The translations under genes were made by a program, and so were the position numbers. A stretch of DNA of 64,000 nucleotides from Tubulanus polymorphus (Eukaryota > Animalia > Nemertea): NCBI RefSeq assembly GCF_964204645.1, contig NC_134025.1, positions 20,435,101 to 20,499,100 on the forward strand. Reading direction: 5' to 3'. The notes below the pieces were generated by a model, which worked only from the letters and a program-made list of their open reading frames with translations, did not search any database and was not told where the DNA came from. Below are positions 1 through 13,251 of the stretch, piece after piece. The stretch's first letter is position 1. Each line of letters begins with the position of its first letter.

Positions 1-648
1 TTTATTGAATGTATAAACTAGAGAATTGTTTAATGGGTGGCATCCGTAAGGTACCCTTCTCCCCGTGTACAACTATCCACCACAACTCAGAAAAGAGGAT
101 ATTCAATAATGAAGATTGAATAGAGGCTTATCGATTTAACGTACTGCTAAATGGGCAAATGGAAACTCTAAAGAAGCAGTTTTCGCTGTATGTTTATAAT
201 CCATGAATAAGATATTGATAGCTTAGATTACTCAAAGATGATAGAAAATGAAATATCTCATCCCTTCATTCAGTTTCTGTGGTTAATCTTGAACTTCTGT
301 CCAAATATTTCCTACACATACAAAATATATTCCTCCAGGATTGCTATGAATGCCTACTTCATACATGGCCTTGAAAATCCAAATGAAGTAGAGAATTTCA
401 AAGATTTCATAATTTCATTTTGTTAATTCTGTTACCGTCAATAATAGGTAAAATGTGATTGCGAGATGCCTGGGGTTCGAATGCAACAGTACTCTTAGTA
501 GTTATTTTTGGTAAGACACTTTGTCTAAATTGCTCCTCCACACTGTTACTAGAGATGGCTGATTCACACAGATATGTACTAAAGGTAATAATACCAAAGT
601 ATGAAGAGTGCAGTCTTACTGTATTCTTGAGATCTTAATATTCCTTAC

Positions 649-779
649 CTTTGTTGCAGAGTATGTCACCCCAATTGACGTCACAAATACACTCCCATGG
701 AGACCTACAAGATCCGTGTTGACATCCCGGGTAAGCAATGCACTGGTCACAAAGCGGACCCTGCCAACCATACGCGCAC
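649..779 (-). CDS. JAG1: Jagged/Serrate coding exon 5 (131 nt, EGF1-EGF2); gene continues beyond the left edge
   Basis: atttccag acceptor and GTAAGG donor, phase 2 to 1. Encodes [43 protein letters not shown]. Confidence 0.95.
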
Positions 780-983
780 CTGGAAATATGTTACATAATT
801 CATTGTCAAAAAAGTTCGAAATTAAATATATTCTATATTTCGACTCAAAAACTTCTTAACTTAGATTAATGATGGCATATATTTCATTCTGTTAACAACG
901 TAAGCTAAATTTGAACAACTGATTTCAGCAAATGATCAAATATATCTTATTCAGTATATCATCCTAAATCTTATTCAAACTCG

Positions 984-1188
984 CAGACCTGCCAACTTAT
1001 AAATTATCATATCACGGACAAAAAAACTAATTTATCCGGGACAAAATAAGGAGAAATGAAATCAATTTTTTAGAGGGACAATAGAAATTGTTTTAGGGAC
1101 AACGATAGATTTTCTATAAAACACTAGCACGGACAGTTAGGCATTTTCAGGGACTGTACCTGACAATCAGGGACAGCTTGCAGCTCGG
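984..1188. mobile_element. hAT-like MITE (CAGA(C/G)CTGCCAAC end, GGGACA repeats)
   Basis: Reverse-complement copy at about 50966-51168; similar termini at about 11986-12204. Confidence 0.7.
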
Positions 1189-3591
1189 AAATCAGGCAAA
1201 ATTGTTACATACAGTAGCTGACAATTTACAAATACATATTCCTCATTTTGCCACTGGATATTTAGAAGTCTTTATGCTAGACAATCTATGGGTAAGATTA
1301 TCATATCAAACTACGATATCTTTATTCATCTTATGTATCCAGTATTTATTGTCCGGTGGCAATGATTAATCATATTAAGCGATAGACTACACATAACTTG
1401 ATACAGTTCTTCATATTGTGGTTTCGATAGTCAGTCTGGTATTTAGTACTAATACTCATTAATCACCCCGATCCATTATTTCTCTAGTTACGATGATGAC
1501 GACCAAATAAAGAAGAGCTCCGTATCTAAGCTCTTTATGATAAAGAACGTAAGGAAGTAATTGACCGAATCCGTCTGCGACGGTAAATCAATCTCCTTGA
1601 CGAGTATGGTAGTTCATTCATCAGATCTTATGGCCGGTTGAAATCGAAAAGACAATCTCAGTTCTAAATAGATCTAATTAGCCTAATGGAAAAACGACTT
1701 CGACGTACAAAAATGTCGAGGCGATGAAACAAAAAACAAATATGAATTATCGACAAGTTTGTCAAATCTGGACAATTTCTAAAAGGCATTTCTAATTCAT
1801 TCATAGCTCGACCAACCTACGTAAAAAGCCAGTCAATGAACGTCATAATTCACTATTTGTCATAATGTCAAACAACCCGCAGATGACATATAGTAAGACG
1901 AAACCACTTACTCGGGCTAGACTCTGTCCCGACTAGACTGGACAAATTGAAAATGTTTGCATACCGAGCTAGCCCGATATAACATTATCTTAATCATACC
2001 AGTAACGAAATAGCTACTAAAACATCGGAAAACCGAGACACCACACAGTTACTGGCTAGAGTGAAGTGAAGTGTTTTCAGGGCAAATTTCGTTTCAGTAT
2101 TTTTTTTTCTTTCTCAATAGCTCAAGATTGCGGACAACCGCAAATTTTACCATCTGCCATTATTTAAGTGGTGCGCAAAGATGTTTCATCGAAATAATAG
2201 CTAGTTGTCTGATTGCAGACTTTGGTCGACGAACCCATCTGGGAATATTACTGAATATCGTCGCGTTTTTCTTACTAAAATAAAAAAGAAAAAAAACACG
2301 AGGCACCGAAAATCACTCTCGGGGGCTGCTCGTAAAAACTTAATCGGCGCTCGCTCTTTCGCCGGAAGATGATAATCAAAGCCGCGATGATCGTTTCGAA
2401 ACGTTCCACGCGCGATCCCCGCCTCACAGCCGGTGGCCGCACGATCGGGCAAACTTCTGCAGATGTTACGCAATAACGCTAATGAGATTTCAGTGAGATA
2501 TCAAACATCTTACGGGTGCACAAAATTTTAATGGGCATTTCCGTAGCTTATAATACCACGAGATAATACCGATAATACCGCGAGATAGCGTTTTTGAAAC
2601 TGAAATGATAATTGGATTTCGTATAGACTAAAATCGAACTGTTTATTTTGCCTATAAGGGTGCTTAGACCAAATGCTGAGTCAGCACTCTCTCGACGAGA
2701 TGAATTTGAATATGCACAATCCATTGCCGCCGGGATGAATTCGCACTTAAATATATCTGGTGGTAAATTTATGATGCATTATGATTCTTTTTTTTTTACA
2801 TTGTTATCAACATTATCATAGACATATAGACATGAAATTAAATCTTTCTATGGTCAGACCTTTCTAATCAGGATAGATTCTATTCAGATTTTGATATAAG
2901 AAAAGTAAAATTAGGTGCTTAGGCTAAAAGTTGATACCTTGTTTCTCATTTACTTCTGCTGAACTTGCTAGTAGACCTAGCCAAACGCCCATCTACCCTT
3001 ACCTGTACTGCTTTTAAAATCACGAACAAGTTAACCATAGCGGACCTCGGCAGCTATCAAAATGAACTGATAACAAATTTCATCGCGGTTTACAAAATGA
3101 CCCAGCTGAATCTAGCCGCAATAAACGGATTTATTCGCGATTCCGTTATTTCGAAACAAATATTTTGTATTCTTACGATAATAATCGCTTAATCAAAGCG
3201 GATGCCGTCAACGAGTTTTGAATCTACTTTCGAAGGCTCATCATCATTGAAGCGTCCGGATTTCAACGAGATCCTCGAGCTACGATTCAAAACATTTATT
3301 TTCCTTTGTTATCTATTGAAAATCGAACTAAATTTTTCAACAAAAAAAAAAAAGAAAGAAAGATATGCCGCGCGAAAATCGATGGACTGAAGTGACGGAG
3401 CCGACAGATGCGGATAATTGAATGATGACAGGGGGTTGCCTTGATTTTCCTCCATTATCTATTTTACCGAAAGCGTAGCCAATTAATGAATTATTCAGGC
3501 TGAGACTGGAAGATTTTTCGCACTGAAAACGAGAGCGCGAATCGTTACGCGGTTTGGCATTTATCGCGCGCGGGAACGCATATATCCCTAC

Positions 3592-3652
3592 CTGCATTCG
3601 CCTGGTTTTGAGCACGAACCGTGGATAGGATGACAACCAGTTTTACAAATGA
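3592..3652 (-). CDS. JAG1: Jagged/Serrate coding exon 4 (61 nt, EGF1/DOS)
   Basis: ctattttcag acceptor and GTAGGG donor, phase 1 to 2. Encodes VICKTGCHPIHGSCSKPGECR. Confidence 0.94.
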
Positions 3653-3692
3653 CTGAAAATAGAAAAGTAACGTTAAAACAGAGGGAACCTAT

Positions 3693-3906
3693 AGCCGCGA
3701 TCACACAGAGACGATGCTTAAACAAAGTGAAGTGGGTCATTTCCGATACCAGTTGCAATACAAACGCAATCGTTTTTTCCTGTGCTGATATAAATTTGGC
3801 TTGGGCCTGCTCAGATGTTTTTGACCGAGCCAATTTTGGCACCCGTGTGAACAGTTGTTCCAGGCCAAATTTGGCCCGGGCCGAAAATGCTCGTGCGATC
3901 ACGGCT
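3693..3906. mobile_element. MITE family A, internally deleted copy
   Basis: Both TIRs and a TAT target duplication; lies 40 nt from the Jagged exon 4 acceptor. A degenerate copy follows at about 3942-4290. Confidence 0.85.
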
Positions 3907-5207
3907 TATATTGAACAAGGTCGTTGTGTGGAGTGGACCATAAGCCACAACCGATTTGGCCGGGGTCAAACTAGCCCAGAACACTCCCTTGATTAATAAG
4001 AGACCGTGTTCACATATAAATCATTCAATCGTTACTAAAATGCAATCAAAACAATAAAGTGACAAGTGAGTTAAGTCCCTTCTAGAACCAATCAGTATTC
4101 ACACGGAACAGTTTCAACTTGTGCTAAAAACTTGCTAAAATGTGGCACTGGCTCGGTGTGAAGGTTTTGGTCGGGTCAAATTTCGAAGGGATACGGATTC
4201 ATTTTGTACCAGCTTGAAAAGTTCGCATCTCATCTATCCCGGACAAAATTTGGCCAGGGTAAAAAAACGACGTTTATGTTATCGCGACTTTCGTAAGCCA
4301 AGTGTCTAACAAGGTGGTATGGGATCACCCACCCGGAAAAGTAGTGAATACGGTAAATGCGTTCACAGGTATTTTACGCACTTTGCGATGGAATAAGGAA
4401 TCCAACAAGCGGGAATACCGTAGATGGGCTACGCATCGTAAAGATCAATTCAATTTTTTACTCAATTTCTAATTTGTTTCATGCGAGCGGAACTCAACCA
4501 CTCACTGCAACGGGTAGCGCACATATTCACCCCTCCATCAAGGCTACCGGCCTGTGTTACACCGAGGTCGGATAATACACTCGCAGTGTTAGGCTCTATA
4601 ATAGTGACAGGCGCGCGGGCGCAGTGCTTTACTTTACGACTGCCGCCGCGAGTTATTGGTTTTACCTCTCGATGGGGTACTATTTCTGGCCATTCATCGA
4701 TGCAATTCAATCAATTTCAAGTGCGTGTGCACACACTTTACCACTTGGAATATCCATTTTTGATCGACTCACAGACATAGCATCACCGAGAGGAGATCAC
4801 TTCTTCGTTAATATGTTCTAATTTGTATTGTTTCTCATCGGGGAATACGCCGATGTCTTGATATGGGAAGCTCGGTACACCGGGCTTTGTTACATCGCGC
4901 GTGTCACACGCTCCCTAGTTTCTTATACAATGCGACCTTTCTTATTCAATTTCACTTCTGGGCCCAGTTTCACGAAAAAGTTTAACCGAAATTTTTTGTG
5001 TAATTGCTATTGGGTACTTCATTTTTTCAATGAGGACAATTCAAATTTAACCGTTTTTGACTTTCGTCAGGTTTAAAATGATGATATGTGCTTATTTCTG
5101 AGCCAATTCATTGTATACACTTTTTTTAAAACAGAAAAGCTGTGTAAAGGAAGGTATCCAGGTATCAAACCAGTTAACCAGGTATCAAATCATATAAGAA
5201 AACAAAA

Positions 5208-5463
5208 GTCGCAATCACACGCAGACGATTTGGCCCGGATCAGGCCTCCGACCCAAATTTGGCCCGTGCCTAACTAGAGATTGCGTTCACATGTAAACCA
5301 CTCATTCCCAACTAAACAATGATTAAACAAACCAAAGTGAATCACTTCTAGAACCTGTAGCAACTCATACACAAGAATTACATCTATGTAAAAATCTGGC
5401 ACAAGGGCTGGTCCAATGTTTAGGACGGGCCTAATTTGGCGCGGACCAAACTGGCATGGGCCC
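5208..5463. mobile_element. MITE family A, partial copy
   Basis: Shares the family body (CGCAATCACACGCAGACGATTTGGCCCG...GTGCCTAA..GAGA..GCGTTCACATGTAAACCACTCA). Confidence 0.8.
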
Positions 5464-5559
5464 ACAAAGAAATCTCATGCGAAAGACCAAGTCTCAAACA
5501 CGGCAAACGCACGCTACGGTAGCGTCAAATGCAGGCCTTTACGGCCGAAATCAACGTAC

Positions 5560-5811
5560 CCGTTTCGCAGTTAACGCCCATCCAGCCGTCCATGCACTTT
5601 TTATCTCCGTTCACGTCGCACGTGTAATGTCCGAATTTATCGTTTCGCGGACGGCAGTATTTCGTACAAGTGTCGTAGTAATGTTCGGCGCATCGTACCC
5701 TGATGCGGTAGACGAGCTGAATCGACGCGCCGTTATATTTCAGCCGGTGCCAGTCCTGCCCCGGCAATATGACATTCGAATGCGTGATCGTCTCGATTAA
5801 TCCACTGTGGT
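5560..5811 (-). CDS. JAG1: Jagged/Serrate coding exon 3 (252 nt, DSL domain)
   Basis: tttctttcatcag acceptor and GTACGT donor, phase 1 to 1. Encodes [83 protein letters not shown]. Confidence 0.96.
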
Positions 5812-5826
5812 CTGATGAAAGAAACA

Positions 5827-5970
<144 letters not shown>

Positions 5971-6128
5971 GAACTAAATCGCGAAATCATGCATTAAGAA
6001 TGAAAAGAGTACGGAAATGTTTATTCGACGTATTGACTTTATCTTCAGGAATACTGTTTACTCTATTCTCAGAGTGGGTGGGATGACATATTATCCTAAA
6101 ATCACTGCTATATATGGTTTATATGGTT

Positions 6129-6320
6129 TTATTATAATGATCCCCCCGGACCCTATGATCGCCACACAGGGTATCATAAGTGAGTTTGGTGTTTCTTTTT
6201 CCCACCAGAAAAGAACCTTGGACTAAGAAAATGCGTCGCCACCAGGATTCAAACCCATGAAACCTGGATTGACGAGATCAGTGACCGGCGGCTTACACCA
6301 CTCCGCCAATGCCCCTTCTC
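6129..6320 (-). mobile_element. Short tRNA-derived SINE with 14-bp target-site duplication
   Basis: A box TGGCGGAGTGG and B-box-like GGTTTGAATCC. TGGTTTATATGGTT occurs at both 6115-6128 and 6321-6334. Confidence 0.7.
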
Positions 6321-6509
6321 TGGTTTATATGGTTATAATTGCAACTTCTTAAAATATCAATTGGAGAATGGCTGTTAGGGAAAAATTGAAATTAAATAGT
6401 CTAACATTGTATCATTATTCACAAAAATATAACATGACGTTTGCCATTTGGATAAGTCATCACCACACTGATGTTGACTAACGTGACGTTTGACTGTAAT
6501 GCAACTTAC

Positions 6510-6558
6510 ATTTTTTCGAGTCTTTGTCCCAAATCTCCAATATAAGAGTAAATGCTTT
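6510..6558 (-). CDS. JAG1: Jagged/Serrate coding exon 2 (49 nt, MNNL C-terminal part)
   Basis: ttttctatttgcag|AAAGCATTTACTCTTATATTGGAGATTTGGGACAAAGACTCGAAAAAAT|gtaagt = KAFTLILEIWDKDSKK. Phase 0 to 1; resembles JAG1 RSYTLLVEAWD. Too short for the ORF track. Confidence 0.9.
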
Positions 6559-6817
6559 CTGCAAATAGAAAAAACACAGCCAAACTATATAGATAGTGAA
6601 AAATATCGTTTCAAAGGAGATCAGCATGAATTTTCATCTCAGATAGATCATTCATAAATTTCCAGTTATAACCGGCTCATTGGTTCAAATTAGAATCTGG
6701 ACTGGGTTGTTCAGCTTTGAAAAAAGTGAAGTTGTCATTTTTAGTTGAATTATGAATGATTAGGAACGACGCAATAACAAATAAGGACCATCGATTTTGA
6801 AGCCACATTTCTACTAT

Positions 6818-7128
6818 AGCCGCAATCACACAAGCATTTTTGGCCCGGAACAACTGTTCCCACGGGTGCAAAATGGGCCCGAGCCTGGTTGGCCCGGGCC
6901 AAATTTGGCCTGAACAAAAATGTCGGACCAGGCCCGAGCCAAATTTTAGCACCAGACAAATGATTACGTTTGAATTGCAACTGGCACCGGAAATGATCCA
7001 CTTCGCTTTGTTTGAGCATTGTTTAGTATCGAGTGAATGGTTTGCGTGTAATCGCGCTCTCTCATTAGGCACGGGCCTAATCCGTGCCAATTTGGCCCGG
7101 GCCAAATCGTCTGCGTGTGATCGCGGCT
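6818..7128. mobile_element. MITE family A (PIF/Harbinger-like), full-length reference copy
   Basis: TIR AGCCGC(G/A)ATCACAC...GTGTGATCGCGGCT, TAT on both flanks, internal TTGGCCCGGGCCAA palindromes, no coding capacity. Confidence 0.88.
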
Positions 7129-7759
7129 TATATCAGGAAAAGGGAGCCGTGATTCAAAACGTTATCTGCACTAAAAACCAAACTAGTACAGCTTGTTCGC
7201 TATTGGTTACTTCATGTTTTCGATGAGGACAACAATTCAAACTCGACCGTTTTAAATGTATATGTTTTATTCGTGATTTAAATTACAATATGAAGTAGCA
7301 GGAATAGATACAAAATAATATAATATAAGACGCTGGACGACTGGTGAAGTTAAGATAAACTTATTACCTAATAGTGGGTGGGTTAAGTGACTTTTGACTT
7401 CAAGTCATGCTACAAAAGTCCCCTTTCGCACAGAGTTACCATAGGGTGATAGGAAGATAATCATCCAAAGACACAAGCGAGATCACCCCTTATATTTGAA
7501 ATATGGCGTTTTTAAAAATGGCCGCCACCGCCATTACTGAAAATCTTATTTTCAGCCATAACTTTGCAACCAAGTGACCTACACTAGTAAAATCGCTGTC
7601 TTTGCCCACTAAATCATGGTCAACCAATCAGATGACACTGATATGAAGGGCCCAATCGCCCAGTTGTTTCGTAGATTTGAATAATGGTCCTGAATGCTTG
7701 AGGAAATGTTTCTTATTTAAATGCACATAGCTTTTTTCTGCAGGATATAGAGATTACTT

Positions 7760-7950
7760 AGTCTATGAAGGGTAGTTGTTAGCCCAGACGATGTTACAGT
7801 ACTGCATGTGAGGCAATGCTAATGATTGATACATTGTTTTTAAGGTATAATTGGGTAGTCTATATTTCAATTTACTAATGATAAAAAGTATTCTTCGAAA
7901 TTCAATTTGAACTTGATGTATATGTAAAATCAATATTGGACTCATTCATT
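7760..7950 (-). mobile_element. CR1/L2-clade LINE ORF2 fragment
   Basis: ISKLKYRLPNYTLKTMYQSLALPHMQYCNIVW matches the post-RT LYxSLxxPHLxYCxxVW motif. Confidence 0.75.
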
Positions 7951-9244
7951 ACACTTTTTCGTGAAACTGGGCCAGCACAGTAAATCCTGTCAATCGGATC
8001 TCTTTGGAACAGATTACTTTCCAAATCAAGCGAAAATCCAACTTGTTCAACAAATCGAACATTGCAAGTATAACAAATGATCCAAAATACGTAATACAAC
8101 TTCAATGACAGTGCAAAAACTGCTTGTTCATATTCATTTTTATGCATGGTTCCCACAGTTTTTCCCGGGTGATTTTTCAGTTTTCCCAAATGAAAATGAA
8201 TAGATACCACCATGCTCCAGTCAACATTTTAGAGGTAACTGGTTGACAAAGGTGATTTTCAAGAGAAATTGCGGAAGAAAGTTCCCATTGGCAAATGCAA
8301 TACGCGATACGTAAATGAATTTCCCAAATGTTTCCCTGATTAGGGGAAAATTTCTAAAATTCCCAAATATTCCCAAACTGGGCATTATTATTTCAAAATC
8401 CCCAGGTTTTTCCCAATTTCCCCATTTGTTTATGTTTCCCAAAGAATCAACGAATCAACTCCAAACTTCTAAATTCCCCTCATCTACAACCGAAAGTATT
8501 TCATATTTCATTAAAATCTTATAACAAAGCAACGGTGCACGCGACCGACAACGGCCTATGAAGTAGGTGTTTGAAAAACTCGAAGAGTCAATTCGGGCGA
8601 AAAGTGCGCAATCAACAATCTCGAAAAAAAGAAAAAACATCCGAGGGACAATACCGAAGCGCGGAAACTCTCGTGTGCATGCGTGTTAGCAATGGGAAAT
8701 CCGTGCTGCGATAAAGGAAACCGCACTTCTCTAATTGGTATATCAATTATTCTACTCATTGTGTTAGTAAAGAGTTAATCGATAATTCACGCCAGAAACA
8801 ATTCAAACACACGATTGTCATACACAGACTCGCGCGTTCTACACAACGAGTAGGGCGAGTACCAAACAGTTGATGATAATATAACGGAGCGGGCGCCCGC
8901 GTACACACACGCAGGCAAGACAAATAACTCGGTTTCATTCCGGCGTGTCTCTATCAAATTCGACGTGTTTGACTTATCGACGCGCCGGCGCGCGCCGTCG
9001 CGTATAACATCGATTTATCCGCGTCTTAATTATTATCATTCGGAATAAGGAATAAACACAGCGTATCGATTACTCGATTCCTCCGTCGTTTAAATGCATC
9101 CGTAACCGTTAGTATTCATACGGCACCCGATAAAATACGACGAATAGGCTCTCAATTATATCTCCAGCCAATATGATAATGTGTTTAAAAATGAGCTTCT
9201 TTCTCGATTCTAGTACAAACTTTTCTCGAGGAACGTCATTTTCG

Positions 9245-9700
9245 ACAAAATCTATTAGATCTAGATTAAAAATCAAATCCTATAAACAATTTTCAATTTT
9301 TCTAAATACAAATTAACCTAAATAATGATGTCTGTATTAGAAAAGCCTATAACCAATTATCAATTCTCTTTCATTCAAATTAACCTAAATAATCTTTGTA
9401 GACCTATTAGAAAGGCTTTTTCACCAAAATCTATGAGATCTAGATAAAAATCAAATCCTATAAACAATTTTAAATCTTTTATACAAATTAATCTAGATAA
9501 TTAAAAAAGCAGCAAAATTAAGCAGGATGAGATTCCAGGGGGGATACAGGGGGACTTGATCGATGAAATCTGGATTGAAAATCAAATCCTATGAACAATT
9601 TTCAATTTGTTTGATAGAAATTAACCTAAATAATGCCTTGTATTAAAAAAGTAGCAGAATCAAGCAGGATGAGATTCCAGGGGCGGATACATGGGGACTT
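9245..9700. repeat. Imperfect tandem triplication (~160-180-bp unit)
   Basis: AAAATCAAATCCTAT(A/G)AACAATTTT...AAATTAA(C/T)CTA(A/G)ATAAT recurs at about 9268, 9447 and 9578. Confidence 0.75.
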
Positions 9701-11057
9701 TAAAGACTTGTGGGACTTTTGGGACTTGAAAATCCTTCAAAATTGGCCTCTGATCGGCCACCAAGATTCTCGGTATTATCTTATAACGCTAACAATCAAG
9801 ACCCAGTTCCAGGAGTTAGTTTGAAGTTTGATTCAAACTAACAGGGTACTGAGAAAGGGGCACAAAGCGCCTTTTAAAAAACTTCGCCACGGAGGAAATT
9901 CTACTTACCGGAGTAAAAAGAAATCTTCACTGAGCTTTTTTCTTTATACTCGACTAGTTATATTTCGATGATTTTGCCACGGTTTCAACTGAACCACATC
10001 ACTAGCGATAGCAACAATTTACACCGGATATCAAATTATAATTTCGCATAAAAAACGATCGCAATAATTGCCTCAGGATGCGATCGCATTGGTCTGAAAC
10101 GTATGAAATAGAACAAAGCCGTTTTGCCGCCAGGTTCGTATCGCCTCTAGTTCACCCCTGAGCAAATTGAGAGATAACAAACGATTCAGCCATGGTTGAT
10201 TTGAGAGTACAAGCTCCAGATTTCACGGAAATTTAACTTTCTAGAAAAATCAACGGAGGGGTTATTCGTTAACCGTCTTTGAAGCGCCGTTTTCATTTCT
10301 GCTTGCGCTTTTTCTTTTAACACCTAAAAAAGTGACAAACCTTTTGAAGATATTTTTTCCAAAAAAAAGATAGGGCCTATAGATAAAGATATCCTTCTCG
10401 AAAATTTAACAATCATACATATGAACTATTAGCCATTTCAACGCGTTAGCGCACCTAATATTGCCTATTTGGACATCAAAATGCCCTTTAGGAATGTGAC
10501 CTTTAAAATTGGCCTCTAGATCCACCCGTGTAGTAGTCTTTCAAAAATCTTTACTTCGCTATAAGGCAACACATCATGTAAGTAAAATCCGTTACAACAC
10601 GTTAGAGGTAATTTTTCATCCATTCAAAATCGACTGCCGAGGGTTAACGCGTGAGCTATGAAATGCCAACAACGGTATCTTAATGATTTCGAGCTCAATT
10701 TGAGATATCTCGGATAGTAAAGGGTAAGATAGTAAAAGGGTATATAGCTCGTGCGTGCGCTTAAATGACGTTGCAATTCATTTACTACGAGAAACTATTA
10801 CTACCAACGTAAGTAAAGTTACGAGTTATTTATTAGCTCGAAGGCTCAGCGGGTACCGAGCACCTATCAACATTCCACCTGGCAAACTTCAGATTAGCTA
10901 AGTGAAAACAAATCATTTACACACCGCACACTACAAAAACCATGCACCGATCGAAGGCCTACAATTTCTACATATTCCCGAGTCCCTAATAGAAATGTCA
11001 GGCCAAGTGCTAGAATTTCCACATCTACCAGAGTTCCTAGAAACGTCAGGCCAAGTT

Positions 11058-11755
11058 CAGGGGCGGATCCAGAACCCCCCTTTTCCGACCAACGAAAATC
11101 ACACATGAATAATTCCACCCGACATTGATCTATGATGAAAGTTCACAATACTTCTTAAAGCAATAATATATGCACTAAAGCCTGGCGCACACGGGCGACA
11201 GTTTCGAGCAATTCTCGAGCAACCGCCCGAATTGCTCGGCGTCGAACGAAAAAATCTCTCGTCTGCAGCAAGGGGCGACAGCGATTGCTCGTTGTCGAAA
11301 GGAATTGCTCCGTGTCGCCCAATATCAAAAATGTTTGATATTGGGCAACGGAAAATTGCTTGTTGCCGAGAAATTGGAGTTGCCCGTGTGCTGGAGACAC
11401 CAAGCAACGAGCACCTCATCAACCTAGCCAATGACTAAACGAATAATTATCATGTGATACTTCCAAATACGGCATCACCCGGGTTAGTAGCGCGTGGCCA
11501 TCTTGACAAGTCACATGATAAAAATGTTTGGCGCGAAAGATAATCGCCTCTCCGTCGCCAGTGGTCGCATACGGGCGACACCTAGCGATCAATTGCTCGA
11601 CGGTTGCTCAAAAATCGGTCGCAGCAACGGGCGACTGAAAATTGCCTCGTGTGCGCCAGGCTTGAAATTGCATAAAAACGTACCTAATTTTTTCAAAATT
11701 GCCCTTGTGATATGAGGTGAACTCAGCCCTTTCATTCAGCCTGGATCTGCCCCTG
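11058..11755. mobile_element. CAGGGGCGGATCCAG-TIR element (hAT-like MITE) hosting the nested family B insertion
   Basis: CAGGGGCGGATCCAG at 11058 and CTGGATCTGCCCCTG ending at 11755. No clean 8-bp TSD. Confidence 0.65.
11179..11662. mobile_element. MITE family B (Harbinger-like)
   Basis: TIR AGCCTGGCGCACACG...CGTGTGCGCCAGGCT, flanks TAA/TGA, CpG-rich body with repeated GGGCGAC/AATTGCTC motifs. Confidence 0.82.
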
Positions 11756-13251
11756 GAGGTTCAGGTACATCGGAAATAATACTTAGGACAACATCTTCAA
11801 ATGGAGATTTTTTGATGCCTTTGTAACACATGTTGATCGATTTAATATTCCAGCTTCCAATTCAGGAAAAGACTGAACTGGAGGAATTTTGTCTTAAAAC
11901 TGATCAGTCAAGCTCTTCGGTCAAGTACAGTTTTTTTGGTCAGGTGACAGATTAAATGAGATAACAGAAGTGCATACGGATCTCAGGGCAGCAAACATCT
12001 GAAAACTGCTATCAGTAACAAATGGAATTTTTTTTTCAGTAACATTTCATTCATATATGAGTGAAAATGTTCAATTAATCAGTAATCAACAGTAAGACCC
12101 TCAGTAACATATTTCATATTTCTGTACACTTCAAACAAATCAAATCATGTATTTCTTATATAGTTATAGAATAGTAATAAATACAGTAGCAGTTGGCAGC
12201 TCTGCATTATTCAAAATATAAACCACAATCACACAGGGAAGAGGGCCGGATCAAACAGACCCGAGTCATTGGCCCATACCGAATACCATACAGAGAACAT
12301 GTTCACACATCTTGTCACTAAAAAGCTATCAAAATGATGCTGTGGTAAGGAAGGCGAGTCACTTACTGTTACTGTTCACATAAATATTGATAATAATAGT
12401 TTATTTCACTATCAATTAAATCAAATACAAATTTATAAATAGAGTACATGACAGAATTAGTAGATTGATGATAGGGACCTGAACGGAGTCATCAAGGCCG
12501 TACAATCACCTATCAACCAGGCATGGACCCATTTGGTTCAAGTGTGAATGATTTTGCAAGTTTTAAAACTGGACAAAACTGCTCATGCGACTTAAGACAA
12601 GGGAAAGTAAAATACAAGTTGGAAATAGTGTATGGAGGTTAGAATATGGAGATGGTCATCGTCTCCAACAATTTCAGAGACGTACTTCAGCATTGCAACG
12701 CCGAGATTGACATTTTTTGCGACGAATTACGCCACATAAACGTCGTTAATACGCGGTTAGTTTCTTCTCCAGACAATATGACGTAATCGGAAAAAAAGCG
12801 AATGTTTGATGATGAAGCGCTGGATGTCTGAATGACTGCGGTTTAATGAATGAATGAATGAATGGTGTTGACTGCTGGCATGATACAGCACAGGAGACAG
12901 TTTCCCGTGGTGGCTGCAGGATTAACTTAATTAATTCCTGTCGTAATATAGTATATCTATCAGTCAATGGTCATGTTGCTAGTTACCTAAATCTTGCAAT
13001 AGGCACGGGCCGCAATGACATAATCATAGTAAGTATAGTAACATTCATAAATCTTGCATATACACGATCTCTATTCGTCAAAAAGTTGACATCCATTGCC
13101 TACTCTGTAGTTAAAATCAGCTGAGAACTATGTGTCATTATTATAGAATTAACTTTTCCCAGATTATATTAGATCCTCAGCGCTTCAAATATCAAAATTT
13201 CTCAAAAACACTAATTACGCTATGTCAGTTATAAGTTGACATGTCACGAGT

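Noticed and set aside
6230-6320. tRNA-like sequences here and at about 17930-18003 and 57455-57525
   Set aside because: A and B boxes are present but there is no complete cloverleaf; the TSD or SINE body indicates SINE heads rather than tRNA genes.
6677-7226. ORFs of 89-142 aa with GPNLARA/QIWPG motifs that recur across the window
   Set aside because: They are readings of MITE family A palindromes, with frames not conserved between copies; not a protein family.
11099-11715. Cluster of overlapping GC-rich ORFs
   Set aside because: They lie within non-coding MITE family B and show no transposase or Myb motifs.
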